A stretch of 63,503 bases of DNA, filler included, from Candidatus Woesearchaeota archaeon (GTDB taxonomy: Archaea > Nanobdellota > Nanobdellia > Woesearchaeales > J072): assembly GCA_003695265.1 (NCBI GenBank). It is 4 parts of 4 records of this genome, joined end to end, with 100 filler letters (N's around TTAATTAATTAA, not from the genome) between each part and the next. Parts side by side here need not be neighbours in the genome. Positions count along the whole stretch, not along the records: positions 18,087 to 45,285 come from RFII01000077.1; positions 45,386 to 63,503 come from RFII01000079.1; 2 more parts are not named here. One strand, 5' to 3'. Under the pieces are notes generated by a model. It was not told where the DNA came from. It saw nothing but the letters and a program-made list of their open reading frames with translations, and did no database searches. This document shows, one piece after another, positions 39,171 through 47,387 of the stretch; the first letter of the stretch is position 1; every line of letters begins with the position of its first letter. The translations under genes and the position numbers were made by a program.

Positions 39171-39868
39171 ACAAGAAACTCGTGCTCTTTAACAATTTTC
39201 TTTCCATCCACATCAATTTCTCTGATAATAATTCCTTTCCTCTTCGCCTCCAGCCTTGCCCTCGCCGGGTCTTCTTCTACGAGTCTGTCATCAATTATAA
39301 GTTCTTTTATTATGTATGTGTGCTTTATTATAAGATTATTAAAATCACCAGCGTCCCACGCGAATTCTTCCTTAAATTTGTCAAAAAGAGAAATGTCGAG
39401 TTTTGCAGAGCAAAAATTTTCCATTGGCTTGCCTGGCTTGCCTAGTGATTTCTTCATTTTAAGCGTATTTTTTCCTGAGGCTAGGTCGCAGAGCACAAAG
39501 CAGTCTTTCAGCTCCTCAAAGAAATTCTTCAATTCCTCGTTGGAGAATGTGTGGCTGAACTCTGACTTTTTTCCGTTTGATGTCATCTTTACTGGTTTGA
39601 TGCCGAATTTTTTATAAACACCAATTACGTCTTTTTGCGCAATGATTTTCCCCTTTGCCGTTGTTTCTGATTTAATGTTTTCAATAAAAAAATGTTCCAG
39701 AACGTCAAAGTATTCGGGCCCTGTTTTGACAGTAAAGCTTGATTTTCCTTTTCTCACCTCGAAAGGCTCTTTTTCGAATTCTCCTACGCCATAGCGAACA
39801 AATTTTTTGTGTGTGAACTCGTCAATCCTATTGTTTATGGCGTTCTTGATAAAGTTCAAAGAAATCAC
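39167..39868 (-). CDS. Hypothetical protein
   Basis: 233-aa ORF in an overlapping three-gene run; no motif recognised. Confidence 0.75.
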   Translation of the reverse strand: MISLNFIKNAINNRIDEFTHKKFVRYGVGEFEKEPFEVRKGKSSFTVKTGPEYFDVLEHFFIENIKSETTAKGKIIAQKDVIGVYKKFGIKPVKMTSNGKKSEFSHTFSNEELKNFFEELKDCFVLCDLASGKNTLKMKKSLGKPGKPMENFCSAKLDISLFDKFKEEFAWDAGDFNNLIIKHTYIIKELIIDDRLVEEDPARARLEAKRKGIIIREIDVDGKKIVKEHEFLV

Positions 39869-40110
39869 CTGTTTTTGTTAGTTTCGTTTGTGAGGTTGGT
39901 CTTGTTGACTCTGGGCAGCCATTCCTGCTTCGCAGCAGCCCCCACAGTTGCTTTGCTGCTCTTAAAAAGCTGGCCCAGCCATTTCGCGAACTCTTTTATA
40001 AAGGTTTTTTTGTTGGCAGGGTCGTTTAGGTCTGGCTCGCCCAATCCTTTAAAAATCATATAACCTCCTATCACGAGGAATATTACCAAAACCCAAAGCA
40101 GTTTTCCCAT
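39865..40110 (-). CDS. Small membrane-anchored protein
   Basis: N-terminal TM helix, then amphipathic helix ending QEWLP. Confidence 0.7.
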   Translation of the reverse strand: MGKLLWVLVIFLVIGGYMIFKGLGEPDLNDPANKKTFIKEFAKWLGQLFKSSKATVGAAAKQEWLPRVNKTNLTNETNKNR

Positions 40111-40113
40111 TTT

Positions 40114-40917
40114 TCACAGCCTCTTGACTTCTATGCTCACAGCTTTTTCCAAGACGCGAATATACCTTGGGCAAAGCGTGTACTCATAATGCATGCGCTC
40201 ACAATATTTAAGTATTTCTTTTTTTTCCTGCTCTGAGCAAAATTCCACAACAACGTTTATTCCCTTCTTTTCTGGGTGGATTATTTTGAAAGATTTGAGG
40301 TCTTCCTTTATTTTTTTGCTGAGCTCATACCATTCCCTTGTTTTTTCCTCTGCTTTTGAGAGTTCTGCCTCAAGCTTTTCGCACAGCTCATCTGGAAATC
40401 CTGTTAGCGAGCTTATCTCTTTTGGAAAGCCCTTTTTTGCTGATATGGAGCCGCCGAAGCAAAGGCTTACCGGCTTCCATCTGCCGAAGCTGCAAACCAT
40501 GAAGTCAGCATTTTTGTCGATTAATGATTTGTCGCCTATGCTTCCGGAAATGTCAGTTATGAGAAGGCAGTTTTTTTCCGTGCAAATAGAGGATATCTTT
40601 TTTATGGGCTGTTCAGCAAAGTAACCTGCTGGCTGCGCGCAAATAAGGGCAGAGTCTTTGCCCGCCTTGTTTTTAAGATCTTCAAGGTTGATTATGCCAT
40701 AATCTGTCTTCACCTCGATTATTTCCAAGTCTAGGAGTCTCGGATATTCCTTGTAAGTGAGCCACCCTCCCTGGTCTGGTATGAGAATTCTTTTTTTTCC
40801 GAGCTGCTTTGCAGAGAGAAAAGCAAGAAAAACAGCGTGGTCTCCTGAGGGCGTAAGTTTTACAGCATTGTGGCCTGTTATTTCTTTCAGTCTTTTCACG
40901 CAGCTTTCCCTGCCCAT
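40114..40917 (-). CDS. PLP-dependent fold-type I (DegT/DnrJ-like) protein
   Basis: LTPSGDHA, LIPDQGGW, ITDISGS and CSFGRWKP...GG motifs. Confidence 0.7.
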   Translation of the reverse strand: MGRESCVKRLKEITGHNAVKLTPSGDHAVFLAFLSAKQLGKKRILIPDQGGWLTYKEYPRLLDLEIIEVKTDYGIINLEDLKNKAGKDSALICAQPAGYFAEQPIKKISSICTEKNCLLITDISGSIGDKSLIDKNADFMVCSFGRWKPVSLCFGGSISAKKGFPKEISSLTGFPDELCEKLEAELSKAEEKTREWYELSKKIKEDLKSFKIIHPEKKGINVVVEFCSEQEKKEILKYCERMHYEYTLCPRYIRVLEKAVSIEVKRL

Positions 40918-40993
40918 AAGGCTGAGTAATAATTGGTTATTTAAAAAATTATGCGAAAGTTTTAAGACATATTAATTATTTCTGCTGGGAAAA

Positions 40994-41593
40994 ATGGGAC
41001 TGTCAGACTTGGTTAAGGGTTCAGCACGTATTGTTGGCGGCTTAGGAGCAGCTGTTGCCAGCTCTTATTATGTTGAAGCGCACACAATGCCCATGGACTT
41101 TTTTGGGTATGCTGGGATTATTGGCGGCGCAGGCTTGGTATTTAATGGTTTTAGAGGATTAGCCAATAAGTATTTTATGCCTGGAGCAGCCAGAGTGCTG
41201 ACTGCAGGGTTTTTTTTAGGAGCAGCCGCTTTTGCTACTGGAATTCATGTGTGGGACAAGGTGGACAATGATTATGAGCGCGAAGTCATTAACATTAGGA
41301 ATGCGCGAGTTGTGCCTCACCTAATACAGGAAGGAGAAAATCCATGGCAGTATTTCACAGAGGCTTACCGCGTTAACAACAGCACTAACAACTTTGAGCT
41401 GTGGCTTGAGCGCTTTGCAAGGGAAAACAAAGACAACCCTTACGTGATTGTTGAGGGAAAAGGAGCTGATATGAGAGTAATATTAAGGCCTGGAGGCACT
41501 GCTTACGTTCCTGTTCTGAGGGACTTGTTAACAGGTTATGAGTCTGCTGACAGCACCATTTTCCTAAAACCAGATTTTATTTCTAAGGAATAG
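40994..41593 (+). CDS. Membrane protein with possible C-terminal LysM-like domain
   Basis: Three hydrophobic segments, then HLIQEGENPW...ILRPGGTAYVP. Confidence 0.6.
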   Translation: MGLSDLVKGSARIVGGLGAAVASSYYVEAHTMPMDFFGYAGIIGGAGLVFNGFRGLANKYFMPGAARVLTAGFFLGAAAFATGIHVWDKVDNDYEREVINIRNARVVPHLIQEGENPWQYFTEAYRVNNSTNNFELWLERFARENKDNPYVIVEGKGADMRVILRPGGTAYVPVLRDLLTGYESADSTIFLKPDFISKE

Positions 41594-41692
41594 CACTTAA
41601 TTATCGAAAAGTTTATATACTAAAATGTATATTAATTTACTAAAAAAAGCAATCAGCTTAAATTTAGCTTAAATAAAAGAAAGAGGTGAAAT

Positions 41693-42139
41693 ATGATGAG
41701 CAAAAAAGGATTATCTCCGCTTATAGCAACAGTTCTTCTGATAGCGTTTGCAGTCGGCGTTGCCTCAATGGTTCTTGTGTGGGGCCGCGGCTTCTTCGTG
41801 GATTTCATGGAGCAGCAGGGCGGAGAGGCAGAGAAGGCAATGCAGTGCCTGGACGAGGTCAAGTTTGTGAGCCTAGGAGGATGGAAGACAGGAACAACAG
41901 CTAATGATAATGTAGTAAGTGTGACTGTCATTAACACAGGCTCCTCAAACGTTACTGGAATGACTCTTACTGTTGAGGACAGCAATGGAAATATTGCTGT
42001 TGGCTCTAACTTGACAGCAGGCGTTGGCGCTACAGATCTTTCAACAGACTCAGGAAACGCCCTTATTGATGCAGATATTACCCAGGCAAAGGTGCAGTGG
42101 GGCGGAAGCTGCGTTGTGCTGAAGAGCTACACGCCATAA
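41693..42139 (+). CDS. Archaeal type IV pilin/archaellin-like protein
   Basis: Class III signal peptide KKG|LSPLIATVLLIAFAV; SD GAGGTGA. Confidence 0.9.
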   Translation: MMSKKGLSPLIATVLLIAFAVGVASMVLVWGRGFFVDFMEQQGGEAEKAMQCLDEVKFVSLGGWKTGTTANDNVVSVTVINTGSSNVTGMTLTVEDSNGNIAVGSNLTAGVGATDLSTDSGNALIDADITQAKVQWGGSCVVLKSYTP

Positions 42140-42248
42140 GCAAACTTTTTTCTTTTTTCTTCTTTCTGACTTTTCTCGGATGATTTATGATTTTGGGTTG
42201 GTAAAATTTTAATTAAAATATAGTACAGCAAGTCTATGGAACAAAACA

Positions 42249-42268
42249 TTTATAAACCTGTGTACACA
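42249..42268 (+). promoter_or_regulatory. vapBC promoter with palindromic putative operator
   Basis: TTTATAAA at 42249-42256, then palindrome TGTGTACACA at 42259-42268, just before the antitoxin ATG. Confidence 0.5.
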
Positions 42269-42279
42269 TACACATATGT

Positions 42280-42516
42280 ATGGGGACTAAGACTATAAGC
42301 ATAATGGATGACGTGTACAAAATGCTTGCCAGAAACAAGAAAAGGAATGAAAGCTTTTCAGACTTGCTCAGGCGCACGTTTAATAAGAAAGGGGACATAT
42401 CAAGGTTTGTTGGGGCGTGGCAGCACATTCCTGACAGGGATATTGATGAGATGAAAGCCGCTATAAAGAGAGTTAGAGCCAATGCTGATAAGAGGCTGAG
42501 AAATGATCTGCCTTGA
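42280..42516 (+). CDS. vapB: VapB-family antitoxin
   Basis: TKTISIMDDVY..L...K..NESFSDLL.R motif; overlaps the PIN toxin gene. Confidence 0.9.
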   Translation: MGTKTISIMDDVYKMLARNKKRNESFSDLLRRTFNKKGDISRFVGAWQHIPDRDIDEMKAAIKRVRANADKRLRNDLP

Positions 42517-42895
42517 CACCTCATTCCTGATTGACATTTTGAAGAATGATTTGAAAGCTGTCAGAAAGCTGAGGGAATACACTGGAAGACCACTATGCAG
42601 CACTGCAATAAATTATTTTGAGCTGGTTTTAGGCGCTAACATGAAAGGCTATGCAAAAGAAGCTGAGCAAGCAAAGAGCATGTTTTCTCAGCTTTCCGAT
42701 GTCCTGCTTCTCGACACTGAAAGCGCTGAGGCTGGCGCTAAGATTCTCGCTAGGCTGGCTAAAAAGGGTGAAACAATAGGCCAAAATGACTGTTTGATTG
42801 CTGGAATAATGGCCCACAACAGGGTAAAGCATATTATCACAAGGAATAAAAAAGATTTTTCCAAAATTCAGGGAATAAGCGTTATTGATTATTAA
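42503..42895 (+). CDS. vapC: VapC PIN-domain toxin
   Basis: LDTSFLID, FEL, DCLIAG and ITRNKKDF motifs. Confidence 0.92.
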   Translation: MICLDTSFLIDILKNDLKAVRKLREYTGRPLCSTAINYFELVLGANMKGYAKEAEQAKSMFSQLSDVLLLDTESAEAGAKILARLAKKGETIGQNDCLIAGIMAHNRVKHIITRNKKDFSKIQGISVIDY

Positions 42896-43015
42896 GAATA
42901 AATCTGCCTTTTAGGAATATAAGGATAGTATGCGCAACAAAAAACCTGCCGAGAATAAAGTCAGAGATGATTTCTGCACAATAAATATTTAAACAACAAC
43001 CCAATTTCTAAGCTT

Positions 43016-43498
43016 ATGAAGTATTACGACCAGATCTCTGATGGTTATGATGAGCTGCACAGGGAAGAGCAGTTAAGGAAGCTTTCTGTGATCAAAACTA
43101 ATTTAAGCATAGACAGATCAGCTGTTCTGCTGGACGTCGGTTGCGGCACTGGCTTTGCGCAGGAAATTTTTGATTGTGAGTATGTTGGCTTTGACCCGAG
43201 CTTTGAACTCTTAAAGAAGGCTAAGAAAGCAGGCGGACGCGTTTTTCAAGCCATTGCAGAGCAAATTCCTTTAAAAGACAATAGCATTGACATCAGCATT
43301 TGCGTTTCTGTATTGCACCACATTAAGGATTTGGATAAAGCATTGAATGAGATTAAGCGTGTAACAAGAAAAATAATTGTATTCAGCTTATTTAAGAAGA
43401 GCAAGTGCTTTGGGGAAATAAGAAACAAAGTTGGAAGTTACTTCAAAGTAGACAAGATTATTAATGATGACAAAGATTTGATTCTGTTCGCTCGTTAA
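43016..43498 (+). CDS. Class I SAM-dependent methyltransferase
   Basis: LLDVGCGTG and VLHHI..L.EIKRV motifs. Confidence 0.88.
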   Translation: MKYYDQISDGYDELHREEQLRKLSVIKTNLSIDRSAVLLDVGCGTGFAQEIFDCEYVGFDPSFELLKKAKKAGGRVFQAIAEQIPLKDNSIDISICVSVLHHIKDLDKALNEIKRVTRKIIVFSLFKKSKCFGEIRNKVGSYFKVDKIINDDKDLILFAR

Positions 43499-43500
43499 GT

Positions 43501-43532
43501 GAGGGTTCAAGGGGGCAGAGCCTCATTGTAAA
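43501..43532. repeat. MITE/REP-like palindromic element, half copy
   Basis: GGGTTCAAGGGGGCAGAGCCTCATTGTAAA matches one arm of the 14401 and 45630 elements. Confidence 0.7.
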
Positions 43533-43590
43533 TTATTTTTAGTTTAAAACATAACAAATTATAAATACTAATAATCAAATAATCTTAATT

Positions 43591-43968
43591 ATGAAGGCGT
43601 TCGTTACTTGCAGGGGGAAAGCAGAGGTTTTCGGCAAGACAATCGAGAAAGATGATGTTTTCACGACTGACAAGCATGCTTTTCTCTCAGAAAGCCATTA
43701 CGGCATAAGCACAAACAACGAGTTCTCAGCAAAACTAATCCGAGACTCAAAGGTTTTTGTCGTTAATTTTCTTGACAAAGACATTGACTTGAGCAATTCG
43801 GGCCAATACATTGACAAGTTCGAGGAAAGCGGGATAGTAAAAGAAGAGGCGGAATCAGTGGACTGCCCCAGGATTGCCGGCTCAGAATTCTTGGAGTGCG
43901 AAGTGGTTGAAGAAATAAGCCTGGGCAGCCATGTCTTGTTTGTTGGTAAAATAAGAAATAAAAAATAA
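43591..43968 (+). CDS. Flavin reductase-like FMN-binding protein
   Basis: FVVNFL, DKF, V.CPRI...FLECEV and GSHVLFVGKI motifs. Confidence 0.8.
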   Translation: MKAFVTCRGKAEVFGKTIEKDDVFTTDKHAFLSESHYGISTNNEFSAKLIRDSKVFVVNFLDKDIDLSNSGQYIDKFEESGIVKEEAESVDCPRIAGSEFLECEVVEEISLGSHVLFVGKIRNKK

Positions 43969-43982
43969 GATTATAAGATTTT

Positions 43983-45285
43983 TTAGGCTGGACCTCCTAC
44001 AATCTTACAGCACACGTAATTGTTATAACTGCCAGTTCCGGAACACGCGCCTATGTGCGCGTTGTTCTGGCTGCTGAAAGAGAACACGCAATCTCCCTCA
44101 ACAACAGGGTCGCATGCGCTTCCAAAAGAGGTTGTGCACTGAACAGAGCCTTGATCAACGCCGAGCTTAACATGGTTTGAGTAAGTGCCGTCAACAGACA
44201 CGTGCGCGTTTGTTGTTGAGGACAACTGAACAACATCAGCACCTGGGTCAGCGCCAGAGCCAACGCTAAGCACGTTGCCGCCTGCAGTGCAGCAAAGCTT
44301 CCAAGAATAACTTCCGTCAGTGGCAGCGTGCGCGTTAAACTCGGAAGACATGGTAAGCAGGACTTGCTCGTAAGGCGGTTCGCAAGCGCCGTTAGTGACT
44401 GAGCAGCTTAAAGGTGCAGGAGCAGGATCACAGTCAGGATCGCAATGGCAGGGCAAAGCATTCAGAGCATTAGGAACAGCCCAATCAGAAATGTTCCAAC
44501 AAGGCTGCCTGCTTGGATCCCATATTTCACTGTTTCCAAAAGACGCGTTATCACAAAAGCCGTCACCACAAAAACTACAGCACGTATCCCAGTCAGCAGG
44601 CCCCTCACAATCAGGATCAACACGGCACTGGTGAGCGTTATTACAATCAGGATTACAACCATTACCAACACTGCAATTCTCCTGACAACAATCATAATCA
44701 GGAGGGCAACGAGGATCACCAGAACAACCAGCCTCACAATTACCATTCTCAGAACAATCATAAGGGCAGCCTCCGCCGTTCTTCAAAACAAAAGGACTGC
44801 CACTACTACCGCCGCCGCAGAGCAAAGCAGCCTGACCAACATCACCAACAGCCGCTCTCACAGACAAACTGCACATCACAGCATTACCAGTAGCAGTAGC
44901 GCTAACACCAGAACCCTGCTGAGCAGCAGCGCCGCCGTTAAACGAAGAAACATGCCAAGCTCTCTCACCATTATTAACCCAATCAGGAGCCCAACCATAA
45001 CCCAAATCCAAGATGCCTTGCGAAACAGCAGAACAATAATGATGATTAGCACTCTCAATCATACAACCCTCAGAAGGCTCCAAATAAGGATCCCAAGCGC
45101 CCTGAACATTACAATTCATATCTCTCATAGGCTGGCAAAAAGCACAATCCTGCTCACAAAAATTAGGATAATTCTGCTCGCCAGCATCACAAACACCATC
45201 ACCACAAGTGCCAGTCAAAGCAGAACCAACGCCAGTAGCGCTTTCAGAAGCAACACTAACACCACTCCTCAAATTACGCTCAACA
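43983..45285 (-). CDS. Cys-rich extracellular protein, C-terminal part (5' end lost in gap)
   Basis: Frame open to the gap; CGDGVCD/CGDGFCD and DPDC motifs; three S..NAH repeats. Confidence 0.8.
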
Positions 45286-45385
45286 NNNNNNNNNNNNNNN
45301 NNNNNNNNNNNNNNNNNNNNNNNNNNNNNTTAATTAATTAANNNNNNNNNNNNNNNNNNNNNNNNNNNNNNNNNNNNNNNNNNNN
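45286..45385. other. Artificial contig-join linker
   Basis: N-run with TTAATTAATTAA. Confidence 0.97.
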
Positions 45386-45507
45386 AATAGTTTTCTCTTC
45401 TCAAAAACAATTTTTTTAGAGACTATTAAAAAACAATAAATGTAATTAATAATAAACCAGTATACAAAAACGTAACATTTATATACTAGTTTTACTTATA
45501 ACATATT

Positions 45508-45600
45508 GTTCCCGTTTAAGAAGGAAGACTCTCACCGACTTTCTTCTGAAAAACCACCCCTAAAATCCTACCGAGAGTCTTCTTCTTTTTTTCTTTTTTC
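45508..45600 (+). ncRNA. Candidate hairpin small RNA 2 (5' end estimated)
   Basis: TTTATATA at 45478-45485; stem 45518-45533/45573-45587; long T-tract follows; no ORF. Confidence 0.45.
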
Positions 45601-45629
45601 AAACAAATTCCTCTTCTAAAAAAACATTT

Positions 45630-45707
45630 TTTACAATGGGGGCTATGCCCCCTTGAACCCCCTCTTCGATGCGAGGGGTTCAAGTGGACTGCAAGTCCTA
45701 TTGTAAA
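45630..45707. repeat. MITE/REP-like palindromic element, best-preserved copy
   Basis: Terminal TTTACAAT/ATTGTAAA enclosing three hairpins. Confidence 0.78.
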
Positions 45708-45775
45708 TTATTTCATTTTCTTTATCATAATTTTTCCAAAACTTATTTTAACCAGTTTTCACAATAATACAACTA

Positions 45776-46315
45776 ATGAACAAAAAAGAAGCAGTAAACC
45801 TTTTAAGAAAATACGCTCCTAACAAGCACGTTTTCAGAATAGTGCTTGACCACTCAAAAGCGGTGCAGAAGCTTGCTGTTTCCATAGCAAAAAAAGCAAA
45901 TGCTGACGTTGAGTTTGTAAAAACAGCTTCGCTTCTTCACGACATTGGAAGATTCAGGTTTCCCCCAGGGCCAGAATCAATAAAGCATGGCATTGCTGGA
46001 GGAAAAATATTAAGAAAGGAAGGATTTCCAGAATTAGCAAGAGTTGCTGAAAGGCACTTAGGAGCAGGAATACTAAAAAAAGAGATTATTGAGAAGAAGC
46101 TTCCACTCCCAAAGAAAGACTACGTTCCAAGAACTATTGAAGAAAAAATAATAAGTTATGCTGACAACTTGGTTTACGGCAAAACAATAAAAACATCCGA
46201 ATGGGCTGTTAAACGCTTTAGGAATGAAATCGGCAGAGAATGCGCCCAAAGGACACAGAAACTCAACGAGGAAATAAAAAGCTTAATAAATAAAAATAAA
46301 AAACAAAGGAAATAA
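45776..46315 (+). CDS. HD-domain (HDIG) phosphohydrolase
   Basis: DHSKAV, LLHDIG, HG..G, ERHLGAG and EEKIISYADNL motifs. Confidence 0.9.
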   Translation: MNKKEAVNLLRKYAPNKHVFRIVLDHSKAVQKLAVSIAKKANADVEFVKTASLLHDIGRFRFPPGPESIKHGIAGGKILRKEGFPELARVAERHLGAGILKKEIIEKKLPLPKKDYVPRTIEEKIISYADNLVYGKTIKTSEWAVKRFRNEIGRECAQRTQKLNEEIKSLINKNKKQRK

Positions 46316-46320
46316 ATCTC

Positions 46321-46537
46321 GGGCCCATAGTCTAGTGGCTCAACTGATTGCATCAGGTAAAAATCGCAATCAGTTCCACAGATGACGTCGCCTTCACAAA
46401 AACTTTTGAGAAAGGCGGAGGTCGCCGGTTCGAAACAGCTTTTTGCCAAAACCCAGGAGAAAGCGTTTAAGTGAGACGCTCACTGCGCGAAGTCCCACGA
46501 ACTTTGTAAAAAGCTGTTGAAAGTCCGGCTGGGCCCA
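46321..46537 (+). tRNA. tRNA-Val(CAC) with three introns: 46341-46381 (41 nt, 20a/21), 46399-46412 (14 nt, 37/38), 46435-46523 (89 nt, 59/60)
   Basis: Spliced: GGGCCCA TA GTCTAGTGGCTATGAC G TCGCC TTCACAA GGCGG AGGTC GCCGG TTCGAAT CCGGC TGGGCCC A; central helices GTGG/CCAC, TTCA/TGAG, TTCG/TGAA. Confidence 0.92.
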
Positions 46538-46545
46538 TCAATAAA

Positions 46546-47181
46546 ATGGACTTAAAAAAACTAAAAAAAGAGCAGTTAGAACTTTCAAAAAAAGTGCTGA
46601 TCAAAGATGAAATAAAAAAAATCAGCACTATAGCTGGGTGCGACCAGGCTTTCTTTGACCATAAAATAGTATCAGCTATTGTGGTTATGGATTATGAAAG
46701 CATGAAGCCAATCGAGTCAAAATACGCTATTCTAGACGTGGCAATGCCTTACATTCCAGGATTCTTAAGCTACAGAGAAGCGCCAGCAATTGTCGAAGCT
46801 TTCTCAAGGCTGTCAAAAAAGCCAGATGTTCTTTTGGTAGATGGAAACGGCATATTGCATCCAAGAAGAATTGGGATTGCATCCCATATTGGCTTGCTCC
46901 TAGATGTTCCAACAATAGGAATAGCAAAGAAGCTTTTAATAGGTGATGTGGAGGATGACAATGTGATTGTTGATAAGGAAATAAGGGCTAAGGTTTTAAG
47001 CACAAAAAAGGGAAGCAAGCCAATATACGTCAGCCCGGGCCACAAGGTTAGCATGCGCACCTCTATCCAAATCGTAAAGCACGCACTAAACGAAACATTT
47101 AAGCTTCCTTTGCCATTGCATGAGGCGCATAAGCTAGCCAACAAGATAAGAAAAAGAAAGAGGTCTGATTCTGAAGCGTAA
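46546..47181 (+). CDS. nfi: Endonuclease V
   Basis: PYIPGFLSYRE, VDGNGILHPRRIGIASHIG and PIYVSPGH motifs. Confidence 0.95.
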   Translation: MDLKKLKKEQLELSKKVLIKDEIKKISTIAGCDQAFFDHKIVSAIVVMDYESMKPIESKYAILDVAMPYIPGFLSYREAPAIVEAFSRLSKKPDVLLVDGNGILHPRRIGIASHIGLLLDVPTIGIAKKLLIGDVEDDNVIVDKEIRAKVLSTKKGSKPIYVSPGHKVSMRTSIQIVKHALNETFKLPLPLHEAHKLANKIRKRKRSDSEA

Positions 47182-47244
47182 ATCTTCCGAAAAATATTGG
47201 TGGTAATTTATATTTGTGAAATTATATTTTAGAGAACAAAAAAG

Positions 47245-47319
47245 TTTAAATATGAGCTTCATCCATAAAAAACACAATATATTGTGTCTAGTCTAAAAAA
47301 ACAACACAATATGTGGTGT
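47245..47319 (+). promoter_or_regulatory. nrdJ promoter: TATA box plus two tandem NrdR boxes
   Basis: TTTAAATA 47245-47252; ACACAATATATTGTGT 47272-47287; ACACAATATGTGGTGT 47304-47319 (32 bp apart). Confidence 0.85.
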
Positions 47320-47387
47320 CTTTGGGTAGTGGTAATCAAATACATTGTAGGCTGCTTTACGCCTTTTGAGAATTGTGGGTGAATAAA

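Noticed and set aside
44445..45341. 298-aa plus-strand Thr/Ile/Ser-rich ORF, or a DGR template region
   Set aside because: Antisense shadow of T-ending codons in the minus-strand gene; no reverse transcriptase or TR/VR pair seen.
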